DNA of 64,000 bases from an uncultured Burkholderiales bacterium (GTDB lineage Bacteria; Bacteroidota; Bacteroidia; UBA8524). Below the pieces are notes generated by a model. It saw nothing but the letters and a program-made list of their open reading frames with translations. It did not search any database and was not told the DNA's origin. Positions 19,728-28,159 of this stretch are shown here, one piece after another. The stretch spans positions 53,280 through 117,279 of the forward strand of contig CAZUIT010000006.1 in assembly GCA_964620355.1 (NCBI GenBank), in the 5' to 3' direction. Each line of letters opens with the position of its first letter. Position 1 is the first letter of the stretch. The translations under genes and the position numbers were made by a program.

Positions 19728-20417
19728 ATGCCTACCCTCCACCTCATACCAAGCCCGATTGCCGAACCCTTTAATCTTCCTAATGACATTGCGGATTTAC
19801 GCTATTTTGTTGTGGAGAACTTGCGGGAGGCGCGGCGCTTTTTGAAGTGGAATTTTAGAGAACTTAATATTGATGTCTGCTCCTTCTTAGAAATCAATAA
19901 AAACGATTTGGATAAAGGCGCTATTCAACCTTTCCTCCAAAAGGCCTTTAATGCAAAAGCCGATGTAGGACTACTCTCAGATGCGGGTGTTCCCTGTGTA
20001 GCTGATCCGGGCTCATTGGTGGCTGAAAGGGCTCATAATATTGGGTTTCGGGTTAAACCGTTGGTTGGACCTTCCTCCCTCTTACTTGCACTTATGGCGT
20101 CAGGGTTTAACGGACAGTCATTCGCCTTTCATGGGTATCTTCCAATAAAAGATCAGGATCAAATTCGTATGCTGAAGGGATTGGAACAAGAATCCGGTCA
20201 ACGCGATATGACCCAAATGTTTATCGAAACACCTTACCGTAACAATAAACTTCTTGAGCGTTTGATTGAACACCTGCACCCCAATACACGGCTGTGCGTG
20301 GCTTGCGATTTGCAATCGGATAAAGAAGAAATTGTGAGCAAACCTGTGCGCGATTGGAAAAACGAAAAGCGCGATTTTCATAAGCGTCCAGCTGTATTTT
20401 TGGTGTATGCTCGCTGA
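19728..20417 (+). CDS. RsmI-like tetrapyrrole-methylase family SAM-dependent methyltransferase
   Basis: LHLIPSPIAE, VGLLSDAGVPCVADPG, LVGPSSLLLALMASG, FHGYLP, FIETPYRN. Confidence 0.85.
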   Translation: MPTLHLIPSPIAEPFNLPNDIADLRYFVVENLREARRFLKWNFRELNIDVCSFLEINKNDLDKGAIQPFLQKAFNAKADVGLLSDAGVPCVADPGSLVAERAHNIGFRVKPLVGPSSLLLALMASGFNGQSFAFHGYLPIKDQDQIRMLKGLEQESGQRDMTQMFIETPYRNNKLLERLIEHLHPNTRLCVACDLQSDKEEIVSKPVRDWKNEKRDFHKRPAVFLVYAR

Positions 20418-20449
20418 TTTGCATTTTTCAATTGCATCCTTTACCTTTG
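20418..20449 (+). promoter_or_regulatory. Promoter of the TetR-paaA operon
   Basis: TTTG (20418-21), 20-nt spacer, TACCTTTG (20442-49); fits the Bacteroidota -33/-7 consensus. Confidence 0.75.
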
Positions 20450-20450
20450 A

Positions 20451-20464
20451 CTAACATCCGTTAG
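20451..20464. promoter_or_regulatory. Palindromic operator, probable PaaR-type binding site
   Basis: CTAAC-ATCC-GTTAG between the -7 box and the TetR start codon. Confidence 0.7.
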
Positions 20465-20466
20465 TT

Positions 20467-21057
20467 ATGTCTACGCGATTCGCCAACAGAAAAGAAGAAA
20501 TAGTTCATACTGCCGCTGTGCTTTTCAGTCAGAAAGGTTATGCTGCGACTTCCATGCGCGATATTGCCGAGCATATGAAAATGGAGGCAGCGAGTTTATA
20601 CAACCATATTTCATCGAAAGAAGAAATCTTGCATGCCATCTGTTTTTCCATTGCCGATCGCTTTATCAATTCCATAGAAGAAGTCAACGACATCTATTTT
20701 AATGGAGAAGAAAAATTGCGCATGGCGGTAAAAAGTCATGTTCACATTCTTACTGAAAACCTCCCGGAAGCCAATGTATTTTTGCGAGAGTGGAGGCATT
20801 TGAATGAAGCGAATTTGGCTGCCTTCATCAAATTACGTGACCAATACGAAGACGGAATTGAAAACATTTTGCAAACAGGAATGGATGAAAATGTGTTTCA
20901 AGAAGTGGATAAGAAATTTGCCGCGCTAAACATTCTCTCCTCTGTGAATTGGATTGTAGAATGGTATAAGCCGAATGGAAAAATGAATGCCGAAGAAGTA
21001 GCTACCAAATTATGCGACTTCATGCTAACAGGTCTAAATAAAAAACAACCTTTTTAA
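20467..21057 (+). CDS. paaR: TetR/AcrR family regulator, PaaR-like
   Basis: TetR HTH AAVLFSQKGYAATSMRDIAEHMKMEAASLYNHISSKEEIL; directly upstream of paaA with an operator palindrome. Confidence 0.7.
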   Translation: MSTRFANRKEEIVHTAAVLFSQKGYAATSMRDIAEHMKMEAASLYNHISSKEEILHAICFSIADRFINSIEEVNDIYFNGEEKLRMAVKSHVHILTENLPEANVFLREWRHLNEANLAAFIKLRDQYEDGIENILQTGMDENVFQEVDKKFAALNILSSVNWIVEWYKPNGKMNAEEVATKLCDFMLTGLNKKQPF

Positions 21058-21068
21058 ATCAATACATC

Positions 21069-22055
21069 ATGTACGGAAACGCCTACATTGATCCGGATGC
21101 TAAACCGGAAAGCGAAGTAATCGACGACCCAAAAAAACTGGAAGAATTCGAAGCACGCATAGCAGCTGGCGATAAAATTGAGCCGAAAGATTGGATGCCT
21201 CATGATTACCGCAAACAGTTGGTGCGTATGATTGAACAACATGCCCACTCTGAAATTATTGGTGCATTACCTGAGGGAACATGGATTACACGTGCTCCTG
21301 GGTTTCGTAGAAAACTTGCGCTGATGGCTAAGGTTCAGGATGAAATTGGTCATGCGCAACTATTATATAGTGCGGCTGAAACGCTTGGAAAATCGCGTGA
21401 GGCCATGATTAACGATTTGATCAGTGGTAAATCAAAATACTCCAACGTATTTAACTACCCCGCCTTCACCTGGGGAGATACAGCAGTAATTGCTTGGCTA
21501 ATTGATGCAGGAGCGATTGTTAACCAAGTTGCCAACTCCAAAGGTTCATATGGCCCTTATTGCCGCGCCCTGGAAAGGATTTGTGCAGAAGAATCATTCC
21601 ATCTAAAATATGGTCATGATAATGTGGTTTACCTCGCAACGGGAACAAAAGTTCAACGCGAATTGGTGCAGGCTGCTCTCACGCGCTGGTGGCCTCCAAT
21701 TATGCACTTCTTCGGACCGCCGGATAAGATGTCTGTTCATACCGAAAAACTCATGCAGTGGAAAGTGAAGATGGCAACCAATGATGATATGCGTCAGCAA
21801 TTCCTCAATATGTATGTGCCTAAAATTTGGGACCTAGGTCTTGAGCTTCCTGATCCAAACTTGCATAAAAATACAAGTACTGGTCTTTGGGAATACACCG
21901 AGCCAGATTGGGATGAATTTAAGCGTGTTATCAATGGCGACGGCCCACTAAACAAAGAGCGTCTTGCCGTACGCCGAATGGCAGAAGAAAGAGGACGCTG
22001 GGTACGTGAAGCACTCATGAACCGCGACGCGCAATACGTGCAACCTCTTGCCTAA
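21069..22055 (+). CDS. paaA: 1,2-phenylacetyl-CoA epoxidase, catalytic subunit A
   Basis: KIEPKDWMP, QHAHSEIIG, WITRAP, KVQDEIGH, SSYGPY-like KGSYGPY, EESFH di-iron motifs. Confidence 0.95.
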   Translation: MYGNAYIDPDAKPESEVIDDPKKLEEFEARIAAGDKIEPKDWMPHDYRKQLVRMIEQHAHSEIIGALPEGTWITRAPGFRRKLALMAKVQDEIGHAQLLYSAAETLGKSREAMINDLISGKSKYSNVFNYPAFTWGDTAVIAWLIDAGAIVNQVANSKGSYGPYCRALERICAEESFHLKYGHDNVVYLATGTKVQRELVQAALTRWWPPIMHFFGPPDKMSVHTEKLMQWKVKMATNDDMRQQFLNMYVPKIWDLGLELPDPNLHKNTSTGLWEYTEPDWDEFKRVINGDGPLNKERLAVRRMAEERGRWVREALMNRDAQYVQPLA

Positions 22056-22216
22056 TGAAGTCCAAGAAAAAGATATGGATGTTCATAATCCTTGCGATTG
22101 TGAACCTTATAGTGATTCTCAGCTTCCTTTATTTCACTAAGAAAATACGGACTGACGAAAATCTCAAAATTAACTACCATGAAATCCCTGCCATTGGCGG
22201 GGATTTTTTAATTTAG
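22055..22216 (+). CDS. Unannotated 53-aa single-pass membrane protein (candidate)
   Basis: Translated by hand: MKSKKKIWMFIILAIVNLIVILSFLYFTKKIRTDENLKINYHEIPAIGGDFLI. TAATG overlap with the paaA stop; basic N-terminus, then ~21 hydrophobic residues. Confidence 0.5.
   Translation: MKSKKKIWMFIILAIVNLIVILSFLYFTKKIRTDENLKINYHEIPAIGGDFLI
22182..22209 (+). terminator. Intrinsic terminator after paaA
   Basis: AAATCCCTGCC-ATT-GGCGGGGATTT followed by more Ts. Confidence 0.75.
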
Positions 22217-22263
22217 CATATCATGCAACCTAATTGGCTGGACTTCTCGTTTAAAAGACTAGA

Positions 22264-22848
22264 ATGCCACAGCCAGGTTATTATATCGGTATGACGGAAG
22301 AGGAGCTCATAGAAGGTTGTAAGAACAACAAACGCCAGTATCAAGAAGCGCTCTACCGCAAATATTCCCGTAAAATTTATGGGATATGTCTTCGTTATGC
22401 GAATTCAGACATGGAAGCAGAAGATACCATGCAGGAAATCTTTATTAAGCTCTTTACTAAAATCGATAAATATAAACCAGGCGGTTCTTTCGAAGCATGG
22501 ATTAAACGAGTGAGTATCAATTATGCAATTGAAGTCTACCGTAAGAGTAAGCGGCTCGTTTTTATCGAATCCTATGAAGGAACCCACGAAACGAGCTTCG
22601 ATTCCAGTTCCATTCAAAAACTTAGCGCGGAAGAAATTACAGGACTCATCAATCAACTACCTGAGGGATACCGCATGGTGTTTAACCTTTTTGCAGTGGA
22701 AGGCTATACCCATAAAGACATTGCAGAATTGATGGGAATTTCTGAAGGGACTAGCAAATCACAGTTTTCACGGGCCAAAGGACATTTAGTAAAAATGTTG
22801 GCCGACCAATTAGATATAAGAAAGGAGGATTCCAATGCCAGAGCATGA
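22264..22848 (+). CDS. ECF RNA polymerase sigma factor (alternative start 22291)
   Basis: AEDTMQEIFIKLF (region 2), SFEAWIKRVSINYAI, LPEGYRMVFNLFAVEGYTHKDIAELMGISEGTSKSQFSRAK (region 4). Confidence 0.93.
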   Translation: MPQPGYYIGMTEEELIEGCKNNKRQYQEALYRKYSRKIYGICLRYANSDMEAEDTMQEIFIKLFTKIDKYKPGGSFEAWIKRVSINYAIEVYRKSKRLVFIESYEGTHETSFDSSSIQKLSAEEITGLINQLPEGYRMVFNLFAVEGYTHKDIAELMGISEGTSKSQFSRAKGHLVKMLADQLDIRKEDSNARA

Positions 22849-24289
22849 TATGGAAGATATATTCCGCGAGAAATTAAATGATTTCGCACCCAATCACAAG
22901 GACCGCTGGGAGCAAATTGCAAATGCATTACCCCCTGAGGAAAACAGACGCCGTGGACTTTGGATTTGGTTCACAGGTATCGGAGCATGTATCGTGCTTG
23001 GTCTTGTTGGAATAAATCAATTGCAGCAAAGCAACCTGACAGACCTACAATCAAATGAAAAGAAAAAGCTTGTTTCTCCAGTAATAGAAACACCCATTCT
23101 TAGCGAACCAAAGGAAGACGGCGCAATTTCAGAATTCCATGCCGTTTCTGAAATCAATACTATTGATAACACAAAAGAAATAAACCAGTCACCCATTTCT
23201 TTACCTCTCCAATTCGGGAAAGAGAAGAACCAATCAAACCATAATACCGAGAACAAAATACTGAGAAAAGAAAATAATGAAGGAAGCGGAAATAAAGCAC
23301 CATCTCAATTTATTCCTCCAGCCCCTCAAGCCAATACCGGTTCTGAAACCGAAGAACCTCAAGAGCAACAAGCTCCTGAAGAAGAAATACTTGATATAAA
23401 AACTCCACCAACACCAGAAACTGAGGAACCAAATGCAATTGAAAACCCTTCAGAAGCTCTCCCTCACGATGGCTTTCGGGAAGCTGTCGGGACTCAGCCT
23501 AAGCCTGAACCTCAACCAAAACTGGAGCATCAAACTCATCCCTGGTCCTTCGGTATCGGAGCCGGAGCTTTCTACTCCACCTTTGCCCAAAAAATGCCTA
23601 AAAACCCAGGAAATAGTTTCATTGAAAAACAAGGAATGGTGGCTAGGAATAGAGACTTGAGAGAATCTATGGAACAAGCGGGTTCTTCTTTTACACAGAG
23701 TCTTTGGGTAGAATACAAACCATTTGAACATTGGAGCTTTAGCTCAGGTATCTCTATGGTTCAAAGCACCCAAAACCTATCCTTTAACGTGCAAAATGTA
23801 TTTGACGATTCTATTCGCGGTCCGCAAGATTTTCCTGAAAGTGGGTCTGCGGCAGCCGGAGGACACTATTTATTCGCAAACGATTCGATACTTCCGGGTA
23901 ACAACGCAACGGCGACGAACAAATATTACGCACGAGAAATTCCCTTGTATATCAACTATCATTATGCGTTGAATGAGAAACTTTCTCTTCAAGCTAGTAT
24001 AGGAATAAGCTACCGTTGGGTACGTTCTGCCTCAGTGTTTATGGCGGATATCGACAATGTTGGAATCTTGCGATTAGATGGGCCAGAAAACTACCCAGGC
24101 ATACGAAGCACCTTCCATTTTCAAGGTGGTGTTGGACTGAACTACCGCTTTAACGATTATTTTAACATACAAGCCATGCCGAGCATGAGCTATTCCATGC
24201 AGTCCAATATTCGTTTTTCGCAGTATGTGCAGCAATACCAACGGCAATGGGGAATGCAACTTAAACTTACGCGCAACCTTGATTTTTAA
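22835..24289 (+). CDS. Putative anti-sigma factor: short N-terminal domain, TM helix, long low-complexity linker, C-terminal outer-membrane beta-barrel
   Basis: Overlaps the sigma stop by 14 nt; TM GLWIWFTGIGACIVLGLVGI; E/P/T/N/Q-rich residues ~65-230; alternating beta-strands from WSFGIGAGAFY to terminal NLDF. Confidence 0.75.
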   Translation: MPEHDMEDIFREKLNDFAPNHKDRWEQIANALPPEENRRRGLWIWFTGIGACIVLGLVGINQLQQSNLTDLQSNEKKKLVSPVIETPILSEPKEDGAISEFHAVSEINTIDNTKEINQSPISLPLQFGKEKNQSNHNTENKILRKENNEGSGNKAPSQFIPPAPQANTGSETEEPQEQQAPEEEILDIKTPPTPETEEPNAIENPSEALPHDGFREAVGTQPKPEPQPKLEHQTHPWSFGIGAGAFYSTFAQKMPKNPGNSFIEKQGMVARNRDLRESMEQAGSSFTQSLWVEYKPFEHWSFSSGISMVQSTQNLSFNVQNVFDDSIRGPQDFPESGSAAAGGHYLFANDSILPGNNATATNKYYAREIPLYINYHYALNEKLSLQASIGISYRWVRSASVFMADIDNVGILRLDGPENYPGIRSTFHFQGGVGLNYRFNDYFNIQAMPSMSYSMQSNIRFSQYVQQYQRQWGMQLKLTRNLDF

Positions 24290-24333
24290 GGTTTAAATGC
24301 GGGCATAGATAGTCGATTTCTGCTCAGGAATAT

Positions 24334-24341
24334 TATTTTTG
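24334..24341 (+). promoter_or_regulatory. -7 box upstream of sucB
   Basis: TATTTTTG. Confidence 0.6.
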
Positions 24342-24358
24342 CGGAAACCTTTTTATCC

Positions 24359-25576
24359 ATGGCTTTAGAAATCAAAGTTCCGACTGTAGGAGAATCCATT
24401 ACCGAAGTAACCGTTGCTCAGTGGCTAAAAACTGATGGCGACTATGTTGAGATGGACGAAGTGATTTGTGAACTCGAATCCGACAAGGCAACCTTCGAGC
24501 TCAATGCAGAGGCAGCTGGAACCCTAAAAACCATGGCAGCAGAGGGCGACACCATTGAAGTGGGCTCAATCATTTGCAGCATCGACACCAGCGCAAGTGC
24601 TCCAGCAGCATCTGCACCTGCAAAAGAAACAGCTGCATCAAACGACTCAGTTCCAGTTGCAAAAGCAGAACCAAGTTCAACAAGCAATTATGCAAGTGGA
24701 ACTCCATCGCCCGCTGCCCAAAAAATCCTAAGTGAAAAAGGAATTGAGCCAGCAAGCGTTAACGGTAGTGGAAAAGATGGACGAATCACAAAGGATGATG
24801 CCAATAATGCTAAGGCAAATGCGCCAAAATCAGCTAAACCTGCAACTGCAGAATCCTCTTCCCCAGCGTATTTTAGCAGAGAAGTGAGCTCGGAAAAAAT
24901 GAGCAACCTGCGTAAAACTGTTGCAAAAAGATTGGTTGCTGCTAAAAATGAAACGGCCATGTTGACTACCTTCAACGAGGTAGATATGAAGCCAATCATG
25001 GACATCCGTAAGAAATACAAAGAGATGTTCAAAGAGAAGCATGAAATCGGACTGGGTTTTATGTCATTTTTCACCAAAGCCATTTGCGAAGCGCTCAAAG
25101 AATACCCATCCGTTAACTCCTATATCAATGGAGAAAATGTAGAATACCATGATTACTGCGATATATCTATCGCTGTTTCTGCCCCGAAAGGACTTGTTGT
25201 TCCAGTGATTCGAAATGCAGAAAGCTTGAACCTTGCAGAGATAGAAAAAGAGGTTTCCCGCCTTGCCGGAAAAGCCCGTAACAATAAATTGACCATCGAA
25301 GAAATGACCGGTGGAACATTTACCATTACGAATGGAGGAGTATTTGGTTCGATGATGTCAACTCCTATCATTAACCCTCCGCAATCTGCCATTCTTGGAA
25401 TGCACAATATTGTAGAACGTCCGGTAGTTGTAAATGGCGAAATCGTGGCACGCCCAATGATGTATATCGCGCTTTCTTACGATCACAGAATCATTGATGG
25501 ACGAGAAAGTGTAAGCTTCTTGGTTAAAGTCAAACAACTTCTGGAAGACCCTATTCGCTTGATGCTGGGTGTATAA
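24359..25576 (+). CDS. sucB: 2-oxoglutarate dehydrogenase E2 (dihydrolipoyllysine succinyltransferase)
   Basis: Lipoyl domain [10 protein letters not shown]...[31 protein letters not shown]. Confidence 0.93.
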   Translation: MALEIKVPTVGESITEVTVAQWLKTDGDYVEMDEVICELESDKATFELNAEAAGTLKTMAAEGDTIEVGSIICSIDTSASAPAASAPAKETAASNDSVPVAKAEPSSTSNYASGTPSPAAQKILSEKGIEPASVNGSGKDGRITKDDANNAKANAPKSAKPATAESSSPAYFSREVSSEKMSNLRKTVAKRLVAAKNETAMLTTFNEVDMKPIMDIRKKYKEMFKEKHEIGLGFMSFFTKAICEALKEYPSVNSYINGENVEYHDYCDISIAVSAPKGLVVPVIRNAESLNLAEIEKEVSRLAGKARNNKLTIEEMTGGTFTITNGGVFGSMMSTPIINPPQSAILGMHNIVERPVVVNGEIVARPMMYIALSYDHRIIDGRESVSFLVKVKQLLEDPIRLMLGV

Positions 25577-25644
25577 TTCAGCTGATTATTAAAAACTTAG
25601 GACTCCTTTCGTATATTAGCTGGCAGATTAATAAGTATTTGGAT

Positions 25645-25674
25645 TAATTGTTGCTACACTAATTGTATCTACAC
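25645..25674. repeat. 15-bp tandem direct repeat, likely MarR operator
   Basis: TAATTGTTGCTACAC then TAATTGTATCTACAC (13/15 identical), ending 1 nt before the MarR ATG. Confidence 0.6.
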
Positions 25675-25675
25675 T

Positions 25676-26155
25676 ATGTTAAGTTTAGGCGAAGAGATAA
25701 AACAAACTAAGTTCAAAAGCGAACACCAAAAAGCAATGCTCAATATTATGCTCACGGCCAATACCTTGTATGCATCAAATAGCCGGTTTTTCAAAAAATT
25801 CGATTTATCCCCTGAACAATATAATGTACTGAGAATACTTCGCGGTAACCACCCAAAATCCTGCTCCGTCTTGAATATTCAAGAACGTATGTTAGACAAA
25901 ATGTCTAACGCAAGTCGCTTGGTGGATAAGCTGGAAACAAAAGGATTGCTTACGAGAATCCAGTGTAAAGAAGACAGACGTCAGGTAGATATAAACATCA
26001 CCAAGGCAGGCCTAGAAATTTTGAATCAGATCGATGTGCCATTTGAATCAATGGAGTCTGTCTTAGAATGTGTATCAGACAATGAGCTGGTGCGTTTTAA
26101 TGAAATATTGGATACCATCCGAAATATGTATCGAAGCGCGGCAGAATCCGCTTAA
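25676..26155 (+). CDS. MarR family transcriptional regulator
   Basis: LSPEQYNVLRILRG, MSNASRLVDKLETKGLL, DRRQV. Confidence 0.92.
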   Translation: MLSLGEEIKQTKFKSEHQKAMLNIMLTANTLYASNSRFFKKFDLSPEQYNVLRILRGNHPKSCSVLNIQERMLDKMSNASRLVDKLETKGLLTRIQCKEDRRQVDINITKAGLEILNQIDVPFESMESVLECVSDNELVRFNEILDTIRNMYRSAAESA

Positions 26156-26721
26156 TAAAGTTTCTTTTCATTGATATAGGCTTCAACTTCTTCCGGAACC
26201 AAATAGCGAATTGATTTATTGGCCTGAAGCACTTCTCGAATAAATGTTGCTGATATATTTAGCACAGGGGCATCAAAAACCCGGACATTCTCTCTCGCTT
26301 TTAGGTATTGATTATCAAAACCTTCTCTATGATAAACAAAAAGAGAAAAACCCGTAATAATTTCTTCAAAGCCCTTCCACTTGTGCAATCCCGCCAAATT
26401 ATCAGAGCCCATAATGAGGATAAATTCCCTATCCGGATGGTTCTCTTTCAAATGATGCAAAGTATGAATAGTGAATGAAGGTTTAGAAAGAGAAAACTCA
26501 ATATCCACTGCCTTCAAACGAGGATTATCTTCAACTGCTAAACGAACCATGGTCAAGCGATCATTTTCATCTGCAAGGGTATCATGAATTTTAAATGGAT
26601 TTTGAGGCGAGACAACAAACCAGACTTCCTCTACCTCAGTGAATTGAAGCATATAATTGGCAATAATCAAATGGCCGACATGGATCGGGTTGAAAGAGCC
26701 AAAGAATAATCCAGTTTTCAT
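26152..26721 (-). CDS. nadD: Nicotinate-nucleotide adenylyltransferase
   Basis: GLFFGSFNPIHVGH, VVSPQNPFK, IMGSDN, ISATFIR. Confidence 0.95.
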   Translation of the reverse strand: MKTGLFFGSFNPIHVGHLIIANYMLQFTEVEEVWFVVSPQNPFKIHDTLADENDRLTMVRLAVEDNPRLKAVDIEFSLSKPSFTIHTLHHLKENHPDREFILIMGSDNLAGLHKWKGFEEIITGFSLFVYHREGFDNQYLKARENVRVFDAPVLNISATFIREVLQANKSIRYLVPEEVEAYINEKKLY

Positions 26722-27281
26722 GATTTTATAAAATCAGAACAAAGATCAGAAGCCTTCAGTAGGGTATCCTCCAATTTATCGTTAAGAAGCACCACATCAA
26801 AATCTCGCTCAAAATTCATCTCTAAGCGTGCCTTGGTATTTCTCTCGGTCAGCTTTTCCTCCGACTCAGTTGCGCGTGCCCGAAGGCGTTTTTCTAACAC
26901 ATCTAAAGATGGCGGTTTGATGAAGATGGACAAGGCCTTATCTCCATAAATCTTCTTTAAATTGATCCCGCCTGCGACGTCTACATCAAATAATACGACC
27001 TTATTATCTGCCCATAAGCGTTCTACTTCCTTCTTCAAGGTGCCATAGAATAATCCATCATAAACCTGTTCCCATTCAACAAATTCCTCCCGAGCAATTT
27101 TATCCTCAAACTCAGAAATAGTTAAAAAATAATAGTCCTTCTTATCCTGTTCCCCAGAACGTGGCTCACGCGTTGTAGCAGAAACTGAAAAGGCTAAATC
27201 TGTGCGACTGGCCAATAAATGATGAACTACTGTAGTCTTGCCTGCACCAGAAGGGGCACTGAATATGATGACTTTATTCAT
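26718..27281 (-). CDS. gmk: Guanylate kinase
   Basis: SAPSGAGKTT, SVSATTREPR, FVEWEQVY...FYGT. Confidence 0.95.
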   Translation of the reverse strand: MNKVIIFSAPSGAGKTTVVHHLLASRTDLAFSVSATTREPRSGEQDKKDYYFLTISEFEDKIAREEFVEWEQVYDGLFYGTLKKEVERLWADNKVVLFDVDVAGGINLKKIYGDKALSIFIKPPSLDVLEKRLRARATESEEKLTERNTKARLEMNFERDFDVVLLNDKLEDTLLKASDLCSDFIKS

Positions 27282-28159
27282 TATAAAATATTAAGAACCT
27301 GCTCTTTTATTTTCTCTAACTCCTCTTTCATCGTAACAACTGCCTGTTGAATTCCTATATGATAGGCCTTCGCTCCCATGGTATTAATTTCTCGACCCAT
27401 TTCTTGAGAGATAAAACCCAATTTTTTCCCACCCGAATCTTTGTATAGATTATCTAGGAAGAAACGACAATGTTGTGTTAAGCGTGTTTTTTCTTCTGCG
27501 ATATCCATCTTCTCCAAGAAATAAATCAATTCTTGTTCAAAACGGTTGCGGTCAATATTCTCCATGCCGATAAATTCTTCCAAGTTATTGGCAATACGTT
27601 CGCGAATGGCATCTACCCGCTCTCCTGCAAAAGAAATCACCTTATCTATCATGGATTGAATCACGATAACCGATTCTTCCATCGCCTTTCCTAAGGCCTG
27701 ACCTTCTTGTTCTCGGAAAGTCGTAAGGCTAGTAATGGCCTGCTCCGATGCCTTAACAATAAGCTCCCAGTTTGCTTCAAGGGCTTCATCTTCTTCCCGA
27801 ACAGTAAGCACATCAGGAAATTCCATAATCTTCACAAAAAGATCATTCATATTGGCACCTAATTCAAACCCTAGCTCACTGATTTCTTCAAAGTAATACT
27901 TGGCCAATTCCTTATTGATGGTGTATTGTCCAGGATTCACTTTCTTCACTTCAATATTATAGAAAGCCTGAACCGTTCCTCTTTCCATACGTGATTGAAA
28001 GAGCTTGCGGAGATGAAGTTCTTTGGATTGATACGATTTTGGCAAGCGTAGGTTAAGCTCGAGGTATTTCCCATTTAAGGCCTTCAATTCCACGTTCACT
28101 GAAATATTCTCATTCTCTGCTGCTCCGCTTCCGAAGCCTGTCATGCTTTTAATTGCCAT
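27281..28159 (-). CDS. yicC: YicC/YloC family endoribonuclease
   Basis: IKSMTGFG, GKKLGFISQEMGREINTMGAKA, KEELEKIKEQVLNIL. Confidence 0.93.
   Translation of the reverse strand: MAIKSMTGFGSGAAENENISVNVELKALNGKYLELNLRLPKSYQSKELHLRKLFQSRMERGTVQAFYNIEVKKVNPGQYTINKELAKYYFEEISELGFELGANMNDLFVKIMEFPDVLTVREEDEALEANWELIVKASEQAITSLTTFREQEGQALGKAMEESVIVIQSMIDKVISFAGERVDAIRERIANNLEEFIGMENIDRNRFEQELIYFLEKMDIAEEKTRLTQHCRFFLDNLYKDSGGKKLGFISQEMGREINTMGAKAYHIGIQQAVVTMKEELEKIKEQVLNIL

Noticed and set aside
19627-19845. 72-aa plus-strand ORF
   Set aside because: Crosses the promoter region and overlaps the RsmI-like gene out of frame; no motif.
22055-22216. Small ORF as a divergent paaB
   Set aside because: PaaB is a soluble protein of about 95 aa; this ORF is a 53-aa hydrophobic peptide with no resemblance.
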